Assembly (NCBI GenBank): GCA_029858285.1
Contig: JAOUFN010000012.1
Coordinates: 3,470 to 67,469 of the forward strand
Direction: 5' to 3'
DNA length: 64,000 nucleotides
DNA from: Nitrospirota bacterium
GTDB taxonomy: Bacteria > Nitrospirota > JACRHL01
The translations under genes were made by a program, and so were the position numbers. Under the pieces are notes generated by a model that was not told where the DNA came from, did not search any database, and worked only from the letters and a program-made list of their open reading frames with translations. Each line of letters opens with the position of its first letter. Positions within the stretch are counted from its first letter, which is position 1. Below, in pieces: positions 1 through 8,687 of this stretch.

Positions 1-942
1 CTGGTGGCCGGCCACGGCGTGAATCTGGGCAGCGCCGGGGGGGTGGCGGGCACCCTGTTCGGCGCCGAGGCCGGGCGCTGGGTGGGCACCGGCAACCAGT
101 GGTACCACCGTCTGGCCCCCTTGCTGGAAAGCCCGGACACGGGCGCGGAATCCCCCCCGCCGCCGGTGCGCGCCCGCGGGCAGGACATCCGCTTTCCGGA
201 CCGCCATCCGCTGCCGGACTTCCTTCTCCGCAAGGCCCGCGTGCAGGTCATGCTGGAGCATGGCGAGATGAACGGCACGCTGCAGGACGTCACCAGCGAT
301 CCCCGGCTTTGGGGGCGGCCCACGACCTTCAGCCTGGCGGGCGACCAGCTCAAGAACATGCGCCGCGTGGCGCTGACCGGCAAGTTCGATCACGTCGCCC
401 CCGCCGCCACCCGCGACGAGATCACCTTTACCGTGGATGGCTACCGCCAGGACAACCTGCCGCTGTTGCGGGGAAGGGCTCTGCCGCTGGTCATGGAATC
501 CGGCAAGGTCAATCTGGCGGTGCGCACGGCGGTGCTCGGGGGAAAGGGGCTGACGCCGAATATCGACGGCACCATCAACGCCGCGCTATCCGACATGCGC
601 CTGAAGGTGGCGCGGGAGGGCATTGATCCGGCGGTGACCACGGCCCTGACGGGGGTTACCTCCACGGCGGTGAAGGTTGGTTTGTCGGGGCCGTTGGAAT
701 TTCCCAAAATGCGTGTAGACACCGATCTGGACAACGTCCTGAAAAGCGTCGCCCGCCACGCCGCAGAAGCCAAGCTGGCGGAGCTGGAGGGCCGGGTACG
801 CGCCGAAATCGCCCGCCGCGTGGAACAGCAATTGGCCGACGTCGAGGCGCGTCTGCAAGGACATCAGAAGGAGCTGGTGGACCAGCTCACCAGCCGGATT
901 CAGGGATTTGACCAACTTCAGGCCGGCCTGAAAGGTTTGTAA
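1..942 (+). CDS. AsmA-like hypothetical protein, 5'-partial (continues upstream of window)
   Basis: Frame is open from the window edge. The C-terminal region has a Gly/Thr/Val-rich beta-rich segment followed by a coiled-coil tail (KLAELEGRVRAEIARRVEQQLADVEARL), reminiscent of AsmA/TamB-like C-termini. The family assignment is weak. Confidence 0.35.
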   Translation: MVAGHGVNLGSAGGVAGTLFGAEAGRWVGTGNQWYHRLAPLLESPDTGAESPPPPVRARGQDIRFPDRHPLPDFLLRKARVQVMLEHGEMNGTLQDVTSDPRLWGRPTTFSLAGDQLKNMRRVALTGKFDHVAPAATRDEITFTVDGYRQDNLPLLRGRALPLVMESGKVNLAVRTAVLGGKGLTPNIDGTINAALSDMRLKVAREGIDPAVTTALTGVTSTAVKVGLSGPLEFPKMRVDTDLDNVLKSVARHAAEAKLAELEGRVRAEIARRVEQQLADVEARLQGHQKELVDQLTSRIQGFDQLQAGLKGL

Positions 943-1062
943 TCCACCGGGATTCGACCAAGGCGACCGGCCCGGCATCCACGGCCGCGCATGGACTTCC
1001 CACACCCTTTTTGAGAAAATCGCCCCCCTCCCCGGATCAATCTTCTCGCAAGGAACGGCGTC

Positions 1063-1731
1063 ATGGCACCAGAGCGTGGGTCTTTAGGCAGACGGGTGGC
1101 ACTGGCTGCGCTGGAGGGCATCGCCAGCCTGATTCCCTCCAAGCTCGCACGGATCAGGACAAACCAGAAAACCAACCGCGCACTGGTCCGGCAATTTGGC
1201 GACCTGCGATCCGGTGAAGAGTGGAAGTCGGCGTCGGTCAGCGGGCTGGCCAATGAATCGACACAGGTTTCCGGCATCGTGGTGCGCACCATCCGGGCAA
1301 TCGGCCAGCCCCTGGAGTCCATGCTGCTGGCCGGAGAGGCCGCCTCCGCCAAGTCCGTCTACGGGTCCATCGCGGGTATGGCACCGGAACAAATCATCAC
1401 CGCCGGACTGCACCGGGATGCCGACCATCAGTGGAACTTCGAGCACGCCCCGCCGGAGATGGGCCGTTTCCAGTGCGTGGTGTCCTATGCCATTCTGGAA
1501 CACCTGATCGATCCCTACCGGCATGTTCGGGACCTCGCAAACCTTCTGGAATCCGGCGGACATCTGGTCATTTTTACGGTCTCACCCGGCTTTCCGTACC
1601 ACCGTCACCCCATCGACTGCCTGAGGTTTTATCCGGACTGGTTCGAAACCGTCGCCGACCGTAGCGGCCTGAAAATCGCCGACCGCTTTTATGGTTCCGA
1701 GCGGGTCGTGTACCGCTTCTGCAAGCCGTAG
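1063..1731 (+). CDS. class I SAM-dependent methyltransferase (Methyltransf_11-like)
   Basis: ATG at 1063 with AAGGA about 8 nt upstream. Motifs VVSYAILEHLIDP and GGHLVIF are typical of small SAM methyltransferases. Confidence 0.65.
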   Translation: MAPERGSLGRRVALAALEGIASLIPSKLARIRTNQKTNRALVRQFGDLRSGEEWKSASVSGLANESTQVSGIVVRTIRAIGQPLESMLLAGEAASAKSVYGSIAGMAPEQIITAGLHRDADHQWNFEHAPPEMGRFQCVVSYAILEHLIDPYRHVRDLANLLESGGHLVIFTVSPGFPYHRHPIDCLRFYPDWFETVADRSGLKIADRFYGSERVVYRFCKP

Positions 1732-1829
1732 CCGGAATCTCGTCCGGAATCTCGTCCGGGGTGACCCAGCGCCGATCCGCGGCGGTGGGCCGGTTGTGCC
1801 CGGACCGCCTCCCGCCGCACAATCCCCCC

Positions 1830-3008
1830 ATGAGCAGCATGAACAGCGCACCCACACTGCGGGAGATGCTCCACGGGCTGATCGCCGCCCCCTCGGTGAG
1901 TTCCGTGCATCCCCAATTCGATCAGGGCAACCGGCAAGTGGCGGAGTTGTTCGCGGGCTGGCTGGAGGGGGCCGGGTTCCGCACCCGCCTGATCCCCATC
2001 CCCGGCATGCCCGCAAAGTTCAACGTGGTGGGGGTTCTGGGGGGCGCGCGGGGCGCGGGGCGGGACGGACTGGTGCTGGCGGGACACACGGACACCGTGC
2101 CGTTTGACGCGAACGGCTGGTCCAGCGACCCGTTTTGCCTCAGCGAGCGGGACGGCCGCCTTTACGGCCTGGGCACCTCGGACATGAAGTCGTTCCTGGC
2201 CCTGGCGCTGGAGGCGGCGCGGGAATTTGACGGCAACAGGCTGACCCGCCCCCTGACCATCGTCGGCACCGCCGATGAGGAAAGCTCCATGTGCGGGGCG
2301 CGGGCGCTGGATGCGGAGATGCTGGCCCATCCGCGCCACGGGGTGATCGGCGAGCCCACCGCCCTGCGCCCGGTGCACATGCACAAGGGCATCATGATGG
2401 AGGCGGTGCGCCTGACGGGCCGGGGCGGCCACTCCAGCGATCCGGCTCTGGGGGCCAGCGCCCTGGACGCCATGACCCGGGTATTGGGGGAACTCACCGC
2501 GTGGCGCGCCGAACTGGGGGAAACATTCCGCGACGCGCGCTTTCCGGTGCCGGTGCCGACCCTCAATCTGGGGCACATCCACGGCGGCGACAACCCCAAC
2601 CGCATCTGCGCCCATTGCGAGCTGCATCTGGACCTGCGCCCCCTGCCCGGCATGGATGCGGCGGAACTGCGCGGGGAACTGGCCCGGCGCGTGGCGCGGG
2701 CGGTGGCCGACACCGGGGTGACGGCGCGGGTGGAGTCGCTGTTTTCCGGCATCGACCCGCTGCACACCCCGGCCACCGCGCCGGTGGTGAAGGCGGCGGA
2801 GGCGCTGACCGGGCGGACGGCGGAGGCGGTCACCTTCGGCACCGAGGGGCCGTTTCTGGCGGCCCTGGGGGTCGAGACGGTGATTCTGGGGCCGGGCAAC
2901 CTGTCGGAGGCGCACCGCCCGGACGAGTTTCTGGAAACCGCCCGCATCCCCCCCACCCTGTCTCTGCTCAAGGGGATGATCGGGCGGTTTTGCGCGGGGG
3001 AAGGTTAA
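1830..3008 (+). CDS. argE: acetylornithine deacetylase ArgE (M20 family)
   Basis: Start is the internal ATG (MSSMNSAPTLREMLHGLIAAPSVSS), in frame with the 1761 ORF. M20 motifs GHTDTVPF and LYGLGTSDMKSF are present, and the overall ArgE architecture fits. Confidence 0.8.
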   Translation: MSSMNSAPTLREMLHGLIAAPSVSSVHPQFDQGNRQVAELFAGWLEGAGFRTRLIPIPGMPAKFNVVGVLGGARGAGRDGLVLAGHTDTVPFDANGWSSDPFCLSERDGRLYGLGTSDMKSFLALALEAAREFDGNRLTRPLTIVGTADEESSMCGARALDAEMLAHPRHGVIGEPTALRPVHMHKGIMMEAVRLTGRGGHSSDPALGASALDAMTRVLGELTAWRAELGETFRDARFPVPVPTLNLGHIHGGDNPNRICAHCELHLDLRPLPGMDAAELRGELARRVARAVADTGVTARVESLFSGIDPLHTPATAPVVKAAEALTGRTAEAVTFGTEGPFLAALGVETVILGPGNLSEAHRPDEFLETARIPPTLSLLKGMIGRFCAGEG

Positions 3009-3190
3009 GCGGACCGGGGGGAGAGAAAACCCCGCTGCGGCAACAAACCGTCCTATGATTTCAGGGCCACCATCACCCGGGAAGCGCGTTTTTGCAGCGT
3101 TTGGGCAGGTGTCACCACACCCCGACCAAGGTCATTAGTAAAACTTTTCCAACGTCGCCATGCCCCCCCTTAAACCGGGTTGCAGCCCCC

Positions 3191-3217
3191 AGTCTAATTA
3201 GCTAGACTATAGATTAG
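3191..3217. promoter_or_regulatory. AT-rich palindrome AGTCTAATTAGCTAGACT (+ATAGATTAG) ~60 bp upstream of the HTH-argA start; candidate operator
   Basis: 6-bp inverted arms around a TAATTAGC core. Strikingly AT-rich for this genome, and preceded by a C7 run at 3163-3169. Confidence 0.3.
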
Positions 3218-3273
3218 TGCGTGGATTCGGCCATAATGGGGCCGAGCCATTAGTCATCCGGAACTTTTCCGCC

Positions 3274-4884
3274 ATGCCCACCACCCCGCCCGCCGACGCC
3301 ACCGCACTGCCGGAGCTGTTCCGCGCCTGGCAGGAGCGGCGCGCCCGGGAAACCGGCTCCCGCCCATCCCAGGAGGATCTGGCCCGCGCCGTGGGCGCCA
3401 CCCAGGGCGCCATTAGCCAGTTTTTGCATGGGCGCACCCGTATTGGCGCCGAAATGGCCCTGCGCCTGGCCGCCGTGCTGGAGGTGCACCCCTCCCTGCT
3501 GCGCCCCGACCTGCCGTTTCCGACTCCGGGGGCGGCGCTGGCGCCCGTGGCCGAAGGCGGCGTGGCCGAATCCGGCTTTGTGGGGTTCTTCCGCTCCGCA
3601 TCGCCCTATATCAATGCCCACCGCAACAGCGTGTTTGTGGTGCACCTCCCCGGCGAGGCGGTGCAGTCGCCTCTGTTCCCGGCGCTGATTCACGACCTGG
3701 CCCTGCTGGCTTCCCTCGGGGTACGGCTGGTGGTGGTGCACGGGGTGCGCCCGCAACTTTCGGAGCGCCTTTCCGCTGCCGGCCTGTCGCCGCGCATTCC
3801 CGGAAGGCTGCGCCCCACCCCCGCCGAGGCGGTGCCGCTGCTGGCCGAGGTCACCGGGCTGGTGCGCACCCAGATCGAGGCCATGTTCTCCACCGGCCTG
3901 CCCAATTCCCCCATGGCCGGGGCGCGGGTGCGCATCAGTTCCGGCAATTTTGTCACCGCGCGGCCGCTGGGCATCCACGAGGGGGTGGATTATGGCCACA
4001 CCGGCACCGTGCGCCGGGTGGACACCGAGGCGGTGCGCGCGCGGCTGGCGGATCATTCCCTGGTGCTGATCTCGCCCCTGGGCTTTTCCGCCACCGGCGA
4101 AGTGTTCAACCTGTCGGCGCTGGAGGTGGCCGCCCATGTGGCGGGCGCCCTGTCCGCCGACAAACTGCTGGTGCTGACCGAGCAGGCGCCGCTGCGGGAC
4201 GCCGCAGGCAACCCCAAACGGGAAATCGCCCTGACGGAGGCCGAGGCCCTTCTGGTCGCCGGGCATCTGGACGACGCCACTGCCGAGGCGCTGCAATTTG
4301 CCGTGCTGTCCCTGCAACAGGGGGTGCGCCGCTGTCACCTGCTGGGCCGCACCACCGACGGCGCCCTGATGCAGGAACTGTTCACCCGCGACGGCTGCGG
4401 CACGCTGGTGACCGTGAACCGGTTCGAGGAGATGCGCACCGCCGGCATCGACGACGTGGGGGGGGTCCTGGAACTGATCGCGCCGCTGGAGAACGCGGGC
4501 ATTCTGGTGCGCCGCTCCCGGGAACGGCTGGAGATGGAAATCGGCGATTTTCTGGTGATGGAGCGGGACGGCACCGTGGTCGGTTGCGCCGCGCTGCACC
4601 CCTTTCCCGACGAACGCATGGGGGAGCTGGCGTGTCTGGCCATCCACCCCGACTACCGCCGCTCCGGGCGCGCCGCCGAACTGCTCCTGCGGGTGGAGCG
4701 GGAGGCTCGGGAGCGCGGTCTGGAGCGGCTGTTCGTGCTCACCACCCAGACCGCGCACTGGTTCATCGAACACGGATTTTCCGCCTGCGCGCCGGAAATC
4801 CTGCCCGTGGCGCGCCTGTCCCTGTATAACTATCGGCGCGGGTCACGGGTGTATCAGAAGTGGCTGGGGAGGGAACTTCCGTGA
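3274..4884 (+). CDS. argA: N-acetylglutamate synthase ArgA (amino-acid kinase + GNAT domains) with an in-frame N-terminal XRE-family HTH extension
   Basis: The ATG at 3274 matches the ORF frame. Residues about 20-75 read as a textbook XRE HTH (SQEDLARAVGATQGAISQFLHGRTRIGAEMALRLAAVLEV). The canonical ArgA N-terminus (FVGFFRSASPYINAHRNSVFVVHLPGEA) begins about 95 aa later with no stop codon in between. The GNAT domain lies at the C-terminus. Confidence 0.75.
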   Translation: MPTTPPADATALPELFRAWQERRARETGSRPSQEDLARAVGATQGAISQFLHGRTRIGAEMALRLAAVLEVHPSLLRPDLPFPTPGAALAPVAEGGVAESGFVGFFRSASPYINAHRNSVFVVHLPGEAVQSPLFPALIHDLALLASLGVRLVVVHGVRPQLSERLSAAGLSPRIPGRLRPTPAEAVPLLAEVTGLVRTQIEAMFSTGLPNSPMAGARVRISSGNFVTARPLGIHEGVDYGHTGTVRRVDTEAVRARLADHSLVLISPLGFSATGEVFNLSALEVAAHVAGALSADKLLVLTEQAPLRDAAGNPKREIALTEAEALLVAGHLDDATAEALQFAVLSLQQGVRRCHLLGRTTDGALMQELFTRDGCGTLVTVNRFEEMRTAGIDDVGGVLELIAPLENAGILVRRSRERLEMEIGDFLVMERDGTVVGCAALHPFPDERMGELACLAIHPDYRRSGRAAELLLRVEREARERGLERLFVLTTQTAHWFIEHGFSACAPEILPVARLSLYNYRRGSRVYQKWLGRELP

Positions 4885-4948
4885 TGGCGTCCGTTGACCC
4901 ATCCAGAAGGCTTCCCGCTGCGTCGTTACCCCCATTGCGGATCCGCAT

Positions 4949-5788
4949 ATGACCACCCTGTCCACGCTGCTCCTGCTGTTCGTCGCCACCGGCTGCGGCG
5001 CGGGTTTTCTGGCCGGTCTGCTGGGGGTGGGCGGCGGGCTGGTGGTGGTGCCGGTGCTGTCCATGGGCCTGACGGCGGCGGGGCTGTCGCGGGACGTGGT
5101 GGTGCATCTGGCAGTGGGCACCTCGCTGGCCAGCATCGCCGTCACCTCGCTGTCGTCGATGCGGGCGCACCATCGCCACGGCGCGGTGCGCTGGGAGGTG
5201 GCGCGCACGCTGGCCCCGTCCGTAGCCCTGGGGGCGCTCACCGGCGCGGCCATCGCGCGCGGCCTGCCCACCGACGTGCTGCGCCTGTGCGTGGCCCTGT
5301 TCGCCCTCACCGTGGCGGCGCGTCTGGGGCTGGGACTGGGAGAAAAGCCGACCGCGCCGCAGTTGCCCCGGATACCGGAAACGGCGGGCATTCCGGGGGC
5401 CGCCGAGTCTCCGGTGCAGCCCGCCGCCGGGCTGCTGATCGGTGGCCTGTCGGCGCTGGTGGGCATCGGCGGCGGCACCCTGACCGTGCCCTATCTGCTG
5501 CGTCGGGGCCTTTCCATGCATCAGGCGGTGGCCACCTCCGCCGCCTGCGGGTTGCCCATCGCCCTGGCGGGCAGCGCCGGGTTCATTTTGTTCGGCTGGG
5601 GCGATCCCGCCCTGCCATCGGGCAGCTTCGGGTTTGTTTACGTTCCCGCGCTGGTCATCATTTCCACCGCCAGCATGCTGTTCGCCCCCCTCGGGGCGAA
5701 AGCCGCCCACGCCCTGCCCGCCCGCGCCCTGAAACGCTGGTTCGCGCTGGTGGTGGGGGTCATGGGCATCGCCATGCTGGCACATTGA
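4949..5788 (+). CDS. TauE/SafE (DUF81) family sulfite/anion exporter
   Basis: ATG start. The protein is polytopic and membrane-embedded, with duplicated GxGGG motifs (GLLGVGGGLVVVP and LVGIGGGTLTVP) typical of TauE/SafE. Confidence 0.75.
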   Translation: MTTLSTLLLLFVATGCGAGFLAGLLGVGGGLVVVPVLSMGLTAAGLSRDVVVHLAVGTSLASIAVTSLSSMRAHHRHGAVRWEVARTLAPSVALGALTGAAIARGLPTDVLRLCVALFALTVAARLGLGLGEKPTAPQLPRIPETAGIPGAAESPVQPAAGLLIGGLSALVGIGGGTLTVPYLLRRGLSMHQAVATSAACGLPIALAGSAGFILFGWGDPALPSGSFGFVYVPALVIISTASMLFAPLGAKAAHALPARALKRWFALVVGVMGIAMLAH

Positions 5789-5844
5789 GGGCCCGACCCG
5801 CACCCGACCGGTGCCTACCGTATCGGGTTGACGGCCTGCGTAGA

Positions 5845-6744
5845 ATGGTCACTTGGCATCCCCCCGGTGCAAGGAGGTTCCGTGCTCCACCCGACCCGCT
5901 TGTCCCGACCTGCCCGTCTGCCGCCCTGCTGGGTGCCGCCCTGCTGGGTGCCGCCCTGCTGCTGCCCGCCACCGGAAACGCCGCCGACACACCCCGGCTG
6001 CGGCTGGCCACCACCACCAGCGTGTCCCAGTCCGGCTTGCTGGACACCCTGATGCCGGTGTTCCACCAGCGCTGCGGCTGCCGCACCGACGTGATCGCCG
6101 TGGGTACCGGACAGGCCCTGGAGACCGCCCGCCGGGGCGATGTGGATGCGGTTCTGGTGCACGCCCGCGCCGAGGAGGAGCAGTTCGTCGCCGACGGTTA
6201 CGGCGAAAAGCGGGTGACATTCATGCAAAACGGCTTTGTGCTGATCGGCCCGGCCAGCGACCCCGCCGACACGCGGCACGCCGGGGGCGTTGTGGCGGCC
6301 CTGCGGCGCATCGCCACCGGGGGGGCGCCGTTTTTGTCGCGGGGGGACGGCTCGGGCACCCACATCCGGGAAAAATTTCTGTGGGGCAAGGCCGGGGTGA
6401 CCCCCATCGGCGACTGGTATCGGGACGTGGGGCAGGGCATGGCCGGCACCCTGACCATGGCGGATCAGCTTTCGGCCTATACCCTCACGGACCGCGCCAC
6501 CTTTCTGCAGAACCGCAAGCGACTGAAGCTGGAGATTCTGGTGGACGGAAGCGGCGCGGACGGCGGGTTGCTGGAGAACCCGTATTCGGTGATTGCGGTG
6601 AACCCGGCGCGCCACCCCCATGTGAACAACATCCTGGCCCACGCCCTGGTAACGTGGCTGTCGGGCCCCGAGGCTCGGGGGATGATCGAGGCCTTTGCCG
6701 TGGACGGCGAGCACCCGTTCACTCCGCTGACCCCCGCCCCCTGA
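5845..6744 (+). CDS. periplasmic substrate-binding protein, tungstate/molybdate TupA/WtpA-like (orphan, no adjacent permease/ATPase)
   Basis: Internal ATG in frame with the 4894 ORF; the upstream part of that ORF overlaps tauE out of frame. A signal peptide with an RR motif and an ALLGAALLGAALLLPATGNA h-region is present. The mature part, TTTSVSQSGLLDTL...GDVDAVLVHA...SRGDGSGTH, resembles PBP-like tungstate-binding proteins. Confidence 0.55.
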   Translation: MVTWHPPGARRFRAPPDPLVPTCPSAALLGAALLGAALLLPATGNAADTPRLRLATTTSVSQSGLLDTLMPVFHQRCGCRTDVIAVGTGQALETARRGDVDAVLVHARAEEEQFVADGYGEKRVTFMQNGFVLIGPASDPADTRHAGGVVAALRRIATGGAPFLSRGDGSGTHIREKFLWGKAGVTPIGDWYRDVGQGMAGTLTMADQLSAYTLTDRATFLQNRKRLKLEILVDGSGADGGLLENPYSVIAVNPARHPHVNNILAHALVTWLSGPEARGMIEAFAVDGEHPFTPLTPAP

Positions 6745-6876
6745 CGCGACTGAAATCCCGGAGACCCGGGGCAGGCAGCGCCATCCGGGAGCGGATGCGC
6801 CCGGCGCAGCCGGCCTCGGGATGCAGCCGACCTTGGCGTGTGATGTCGGCGACTACCGCGGTTGGCCGCGTCCGCC

Positions 6877-7398
6877 CTAATGGGGGAGGCCGACGGTGTA
6901 GTGGAGTTCGGGCGGAACCACCGCCGCGGCGGGGCTTTCCACCACAAAACGCAGGGTGTGCTCTCCGGGACGGTCGAGGGCCAGGGGGGAGATGGCGGCG
7001 AGGGTGACCTCCAGTGTCTCACCGTAGGTGAGGAACACCCGCAGACGGTCCACCACTTCACCGTCCCGCTCCCAGCGACCGACAAACTCGCCGTGGCCGT
7101 TCATCCACACCGTGAGCACCGCCGTCAGCGGGCCGCCCATGGGCACGTGCAGGGCGTCTTCGGCGGCGCCCTCCCCCTCGGACAGGCGCAGGCGCGCCTC
7201 GCGTATCCGCAGGGGACCCGGCACATCGCTGCCGGTTACCGTCACCCGCGACAGGAACGGCAGGCCGCCAAAAGTGCCGCTGGCCGGGTGCCTTGCAGGG
7301 GCGGCACACCCCGCCACCCACACCAGTACAGTGACCAGTGCCAAAGTGAGGGGCCAATTGACGGGCCGTCCCGTGAATTTCCCGGATCGCGTGCGCAT
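6877..7398 (-). CDS. hypothetical lipoprotein
   Basis: The second ATG has a GGAGGAG SD 8 nt upstream. The LVWVAGC lipobox gives a predicted lipoprotein. It is the last gene of the minus-strand operon. Confidence 0.5.
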   Translation of the reverse strand: MRTRSGKFTGRPVNWPLTLALVTVLVWVAGCAAPARHPASGTFGGLPFLSRVTVTGSDVPGPLRIREARLRLSEGEGAAEDALHVPMGGPLTAVLTVWMNGHGEFVGRWERDGEVVDRLRVFLTYGETLEVTLAAISPLALDRPGEHTLRFVVESPAAAVVPPELHYTVGLPH

Positions 7399-7435
7399 GG
7401 CTGGTTCTCCTCCCCGGCGGAGCCGGATACACACT

Positions 7436-7825
7436 TTATTCCTGGCGCTGTTCGATCAATTCGATTTCGTACCCCTCCGGGGCGTCGATGAAGCAAAAGC
7501 GGCCGGAACGGCTGTCGTGGGGGCCATCGGTCACCGCCACCCCCATCTGTTCCAGACGCTGGATGGTGGCCCCCAGGTCGTCCACCTGAAACGCCAGGTG
7601 CACCAGGTCTTCGGGTACCCGCACCGGACCGCTGGCGGGAAAGGCGCACAGTTCGATTTCCTCGGGGGAGCCGGGCACCCCCAAAAACACCAGTTCCGAG
7701 CCGCGTGGCGAACTGTGGCGCGACAGCACCGACAGACCCAGCACCCGGGTATAAAAATCCACACTGGCCTGCATGTCGGCCACCCGCATGCGGGTGTGCA
7801 GCAACCGGGTAACCTGAATCGCCAC
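7436..7825 (-). CDS. gloA: lactoylglutathione lyase / VOC (glyoxalase I) family protein
   Basis: LLHTRMRVADMQASVDFYTRVLGL aligns with the E. coli GloA N-terminus. The GTG start sits 3 nt after the stop of the upstream gene. Confidence 0.7.
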   Translation of the reverse strand: MAIQVTRLLHTRMRVADMQASVDFYTRVLGLSVLSRHSSPRGSELVFLGVPGSPEEIELCAFPASGPVRVPEDLVHLAFQVDDLGATIQRLEQMGVAVTDGPHDSRSGRFCFIDAPEGYEIELIEQRQE

Positions 7826-7828
7826 GGC

Positions 7829-8653
7829 TCAGAATCCACTCATCACGGGCATGTCGCCAGAACCCGTCACACGGGCCGGATCGAAGGCTTCGGCGCTGGC
7901 CTCGAGGTATTCAAAAATCTGGATGCCGCCGTCACCGGTGGGGAACACCACCCGCACCGGGTGGCCGTTCAGGTCCCTGGCCTCCCACACCCAGTGCAGG
8001 GCGCGGACCCCCCCCGCGGTGGCGAAGCCGGTGAGCACCAGATCGCAGGGGTGGCCGTCGAAGCTCACGTCCGGATTGACCACCATGCGCCACAGCTTCT
8101 CTCCGGCGGGGGTGTTCAGATAGCCGCTGATCTGGGCCAGCACCCGCTCCCGCGCCACGATACGATAGGAAAACAGAATCGCATCGTCGGCCAGCGGGCG
8201 GTAAATGGTGGCCGTGGTGTAGTCGTAAAAGGCGTAATCGGCAAAGCGGCCATCGGTGCCCCCTGCCCATTCGACACGGGTCCGGGTGCCGTGCTTGTAG
8301 AGCACCTCCTCGCGGCTGGTCACAGGCTTGTCGTCGTGCAGTTCGGTAATGCGCACCCGCGCCCGCAGAAACTCCGGCCCCTGAGGCACGTCGGCGCCAT
8401 CCACCACCCGTTCCGCCGGCGCGTGGACGACCGGCCCGGACTCTTCCTCCCCGGTGGCGGCCGCCACCAGAATCGCCTCCGGCGACGAGGCGGACGGGGC
8501 AGACGGGGCCAAGGCCGGATCCGGGGACCGGGCCGGAGACGCTGTCGGCGGCAGGGCGGGTTCCGCAGCGCGGGCGGGGGACATCGACAACACCAGCACG
8601 GTGCAGGCGGAGAGCACTGCCGCCACTACAGGCCGCAGGGACACGTGCCGCAC
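7829..8653 (-). CDS. secreted hypothetical protein
   Basis: The long ORF 7829..8701 overlaps the 3' end of the upstream M16 gene. A GTG start at 8653 gives a good signal peptide (MRHVSLRPVVAAVLSACTVLVLSMSPARA/AEP). I recognise no family for it. Start is uncertain. Confidence 0.45.
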   Translation of the reverse strand: MRHVSLRPVVAAVLSACTVLVLSMSPARAAEPALPPTASPARSPDPALAPSAPSASSPEAILVAAATGEEESGPVVHAPAERVVDGADVPQGPEFLRARVRITELHDDKPVTSREEVLYKHGTRTRVEWAGGTDGRFADYAFYDYTTATIYRPLADDAILFSYRIVARERVLAQISGYLNTPAGEKLWRMVVNPDVSFDGHPCDLVLTGFATAGGVRALHWVWEARDLNGHPVRVVFPTGDGGIQIFEYLEASAEAFDPARVTGSGDMPVMSGF

Positions 8654-8687
8654 AGTCGGGTGCCGGGCGCGCAAATATCGGATCACC

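Noticed and set aside
1689-2915. 408-aa minus-strand ORF antisense to argE. Similar ORFs lie at 2162..2971 and 2291..3058.
   Set aside because: Pro/Arg/Gly-rich with no family resemblance. It is entirely antisense to a well-supported gene. This is a typical high-GC shadow ORF.
3250-4773. 507-aa minus-strand ORF antisense to argA.
   Set aside because: Low-complexity Gly/Ala/Arg composition. It is antisense to a strongly supported gene.
4894-5844. 5' 317 codons of the 616-aa ORF 4894..6744.
   Set aside because: This part overlaps tauE in another frame and has no protein-like composition. The real TupA-like gene begins at the internal ATG at 5845, where its signal peptide starts.
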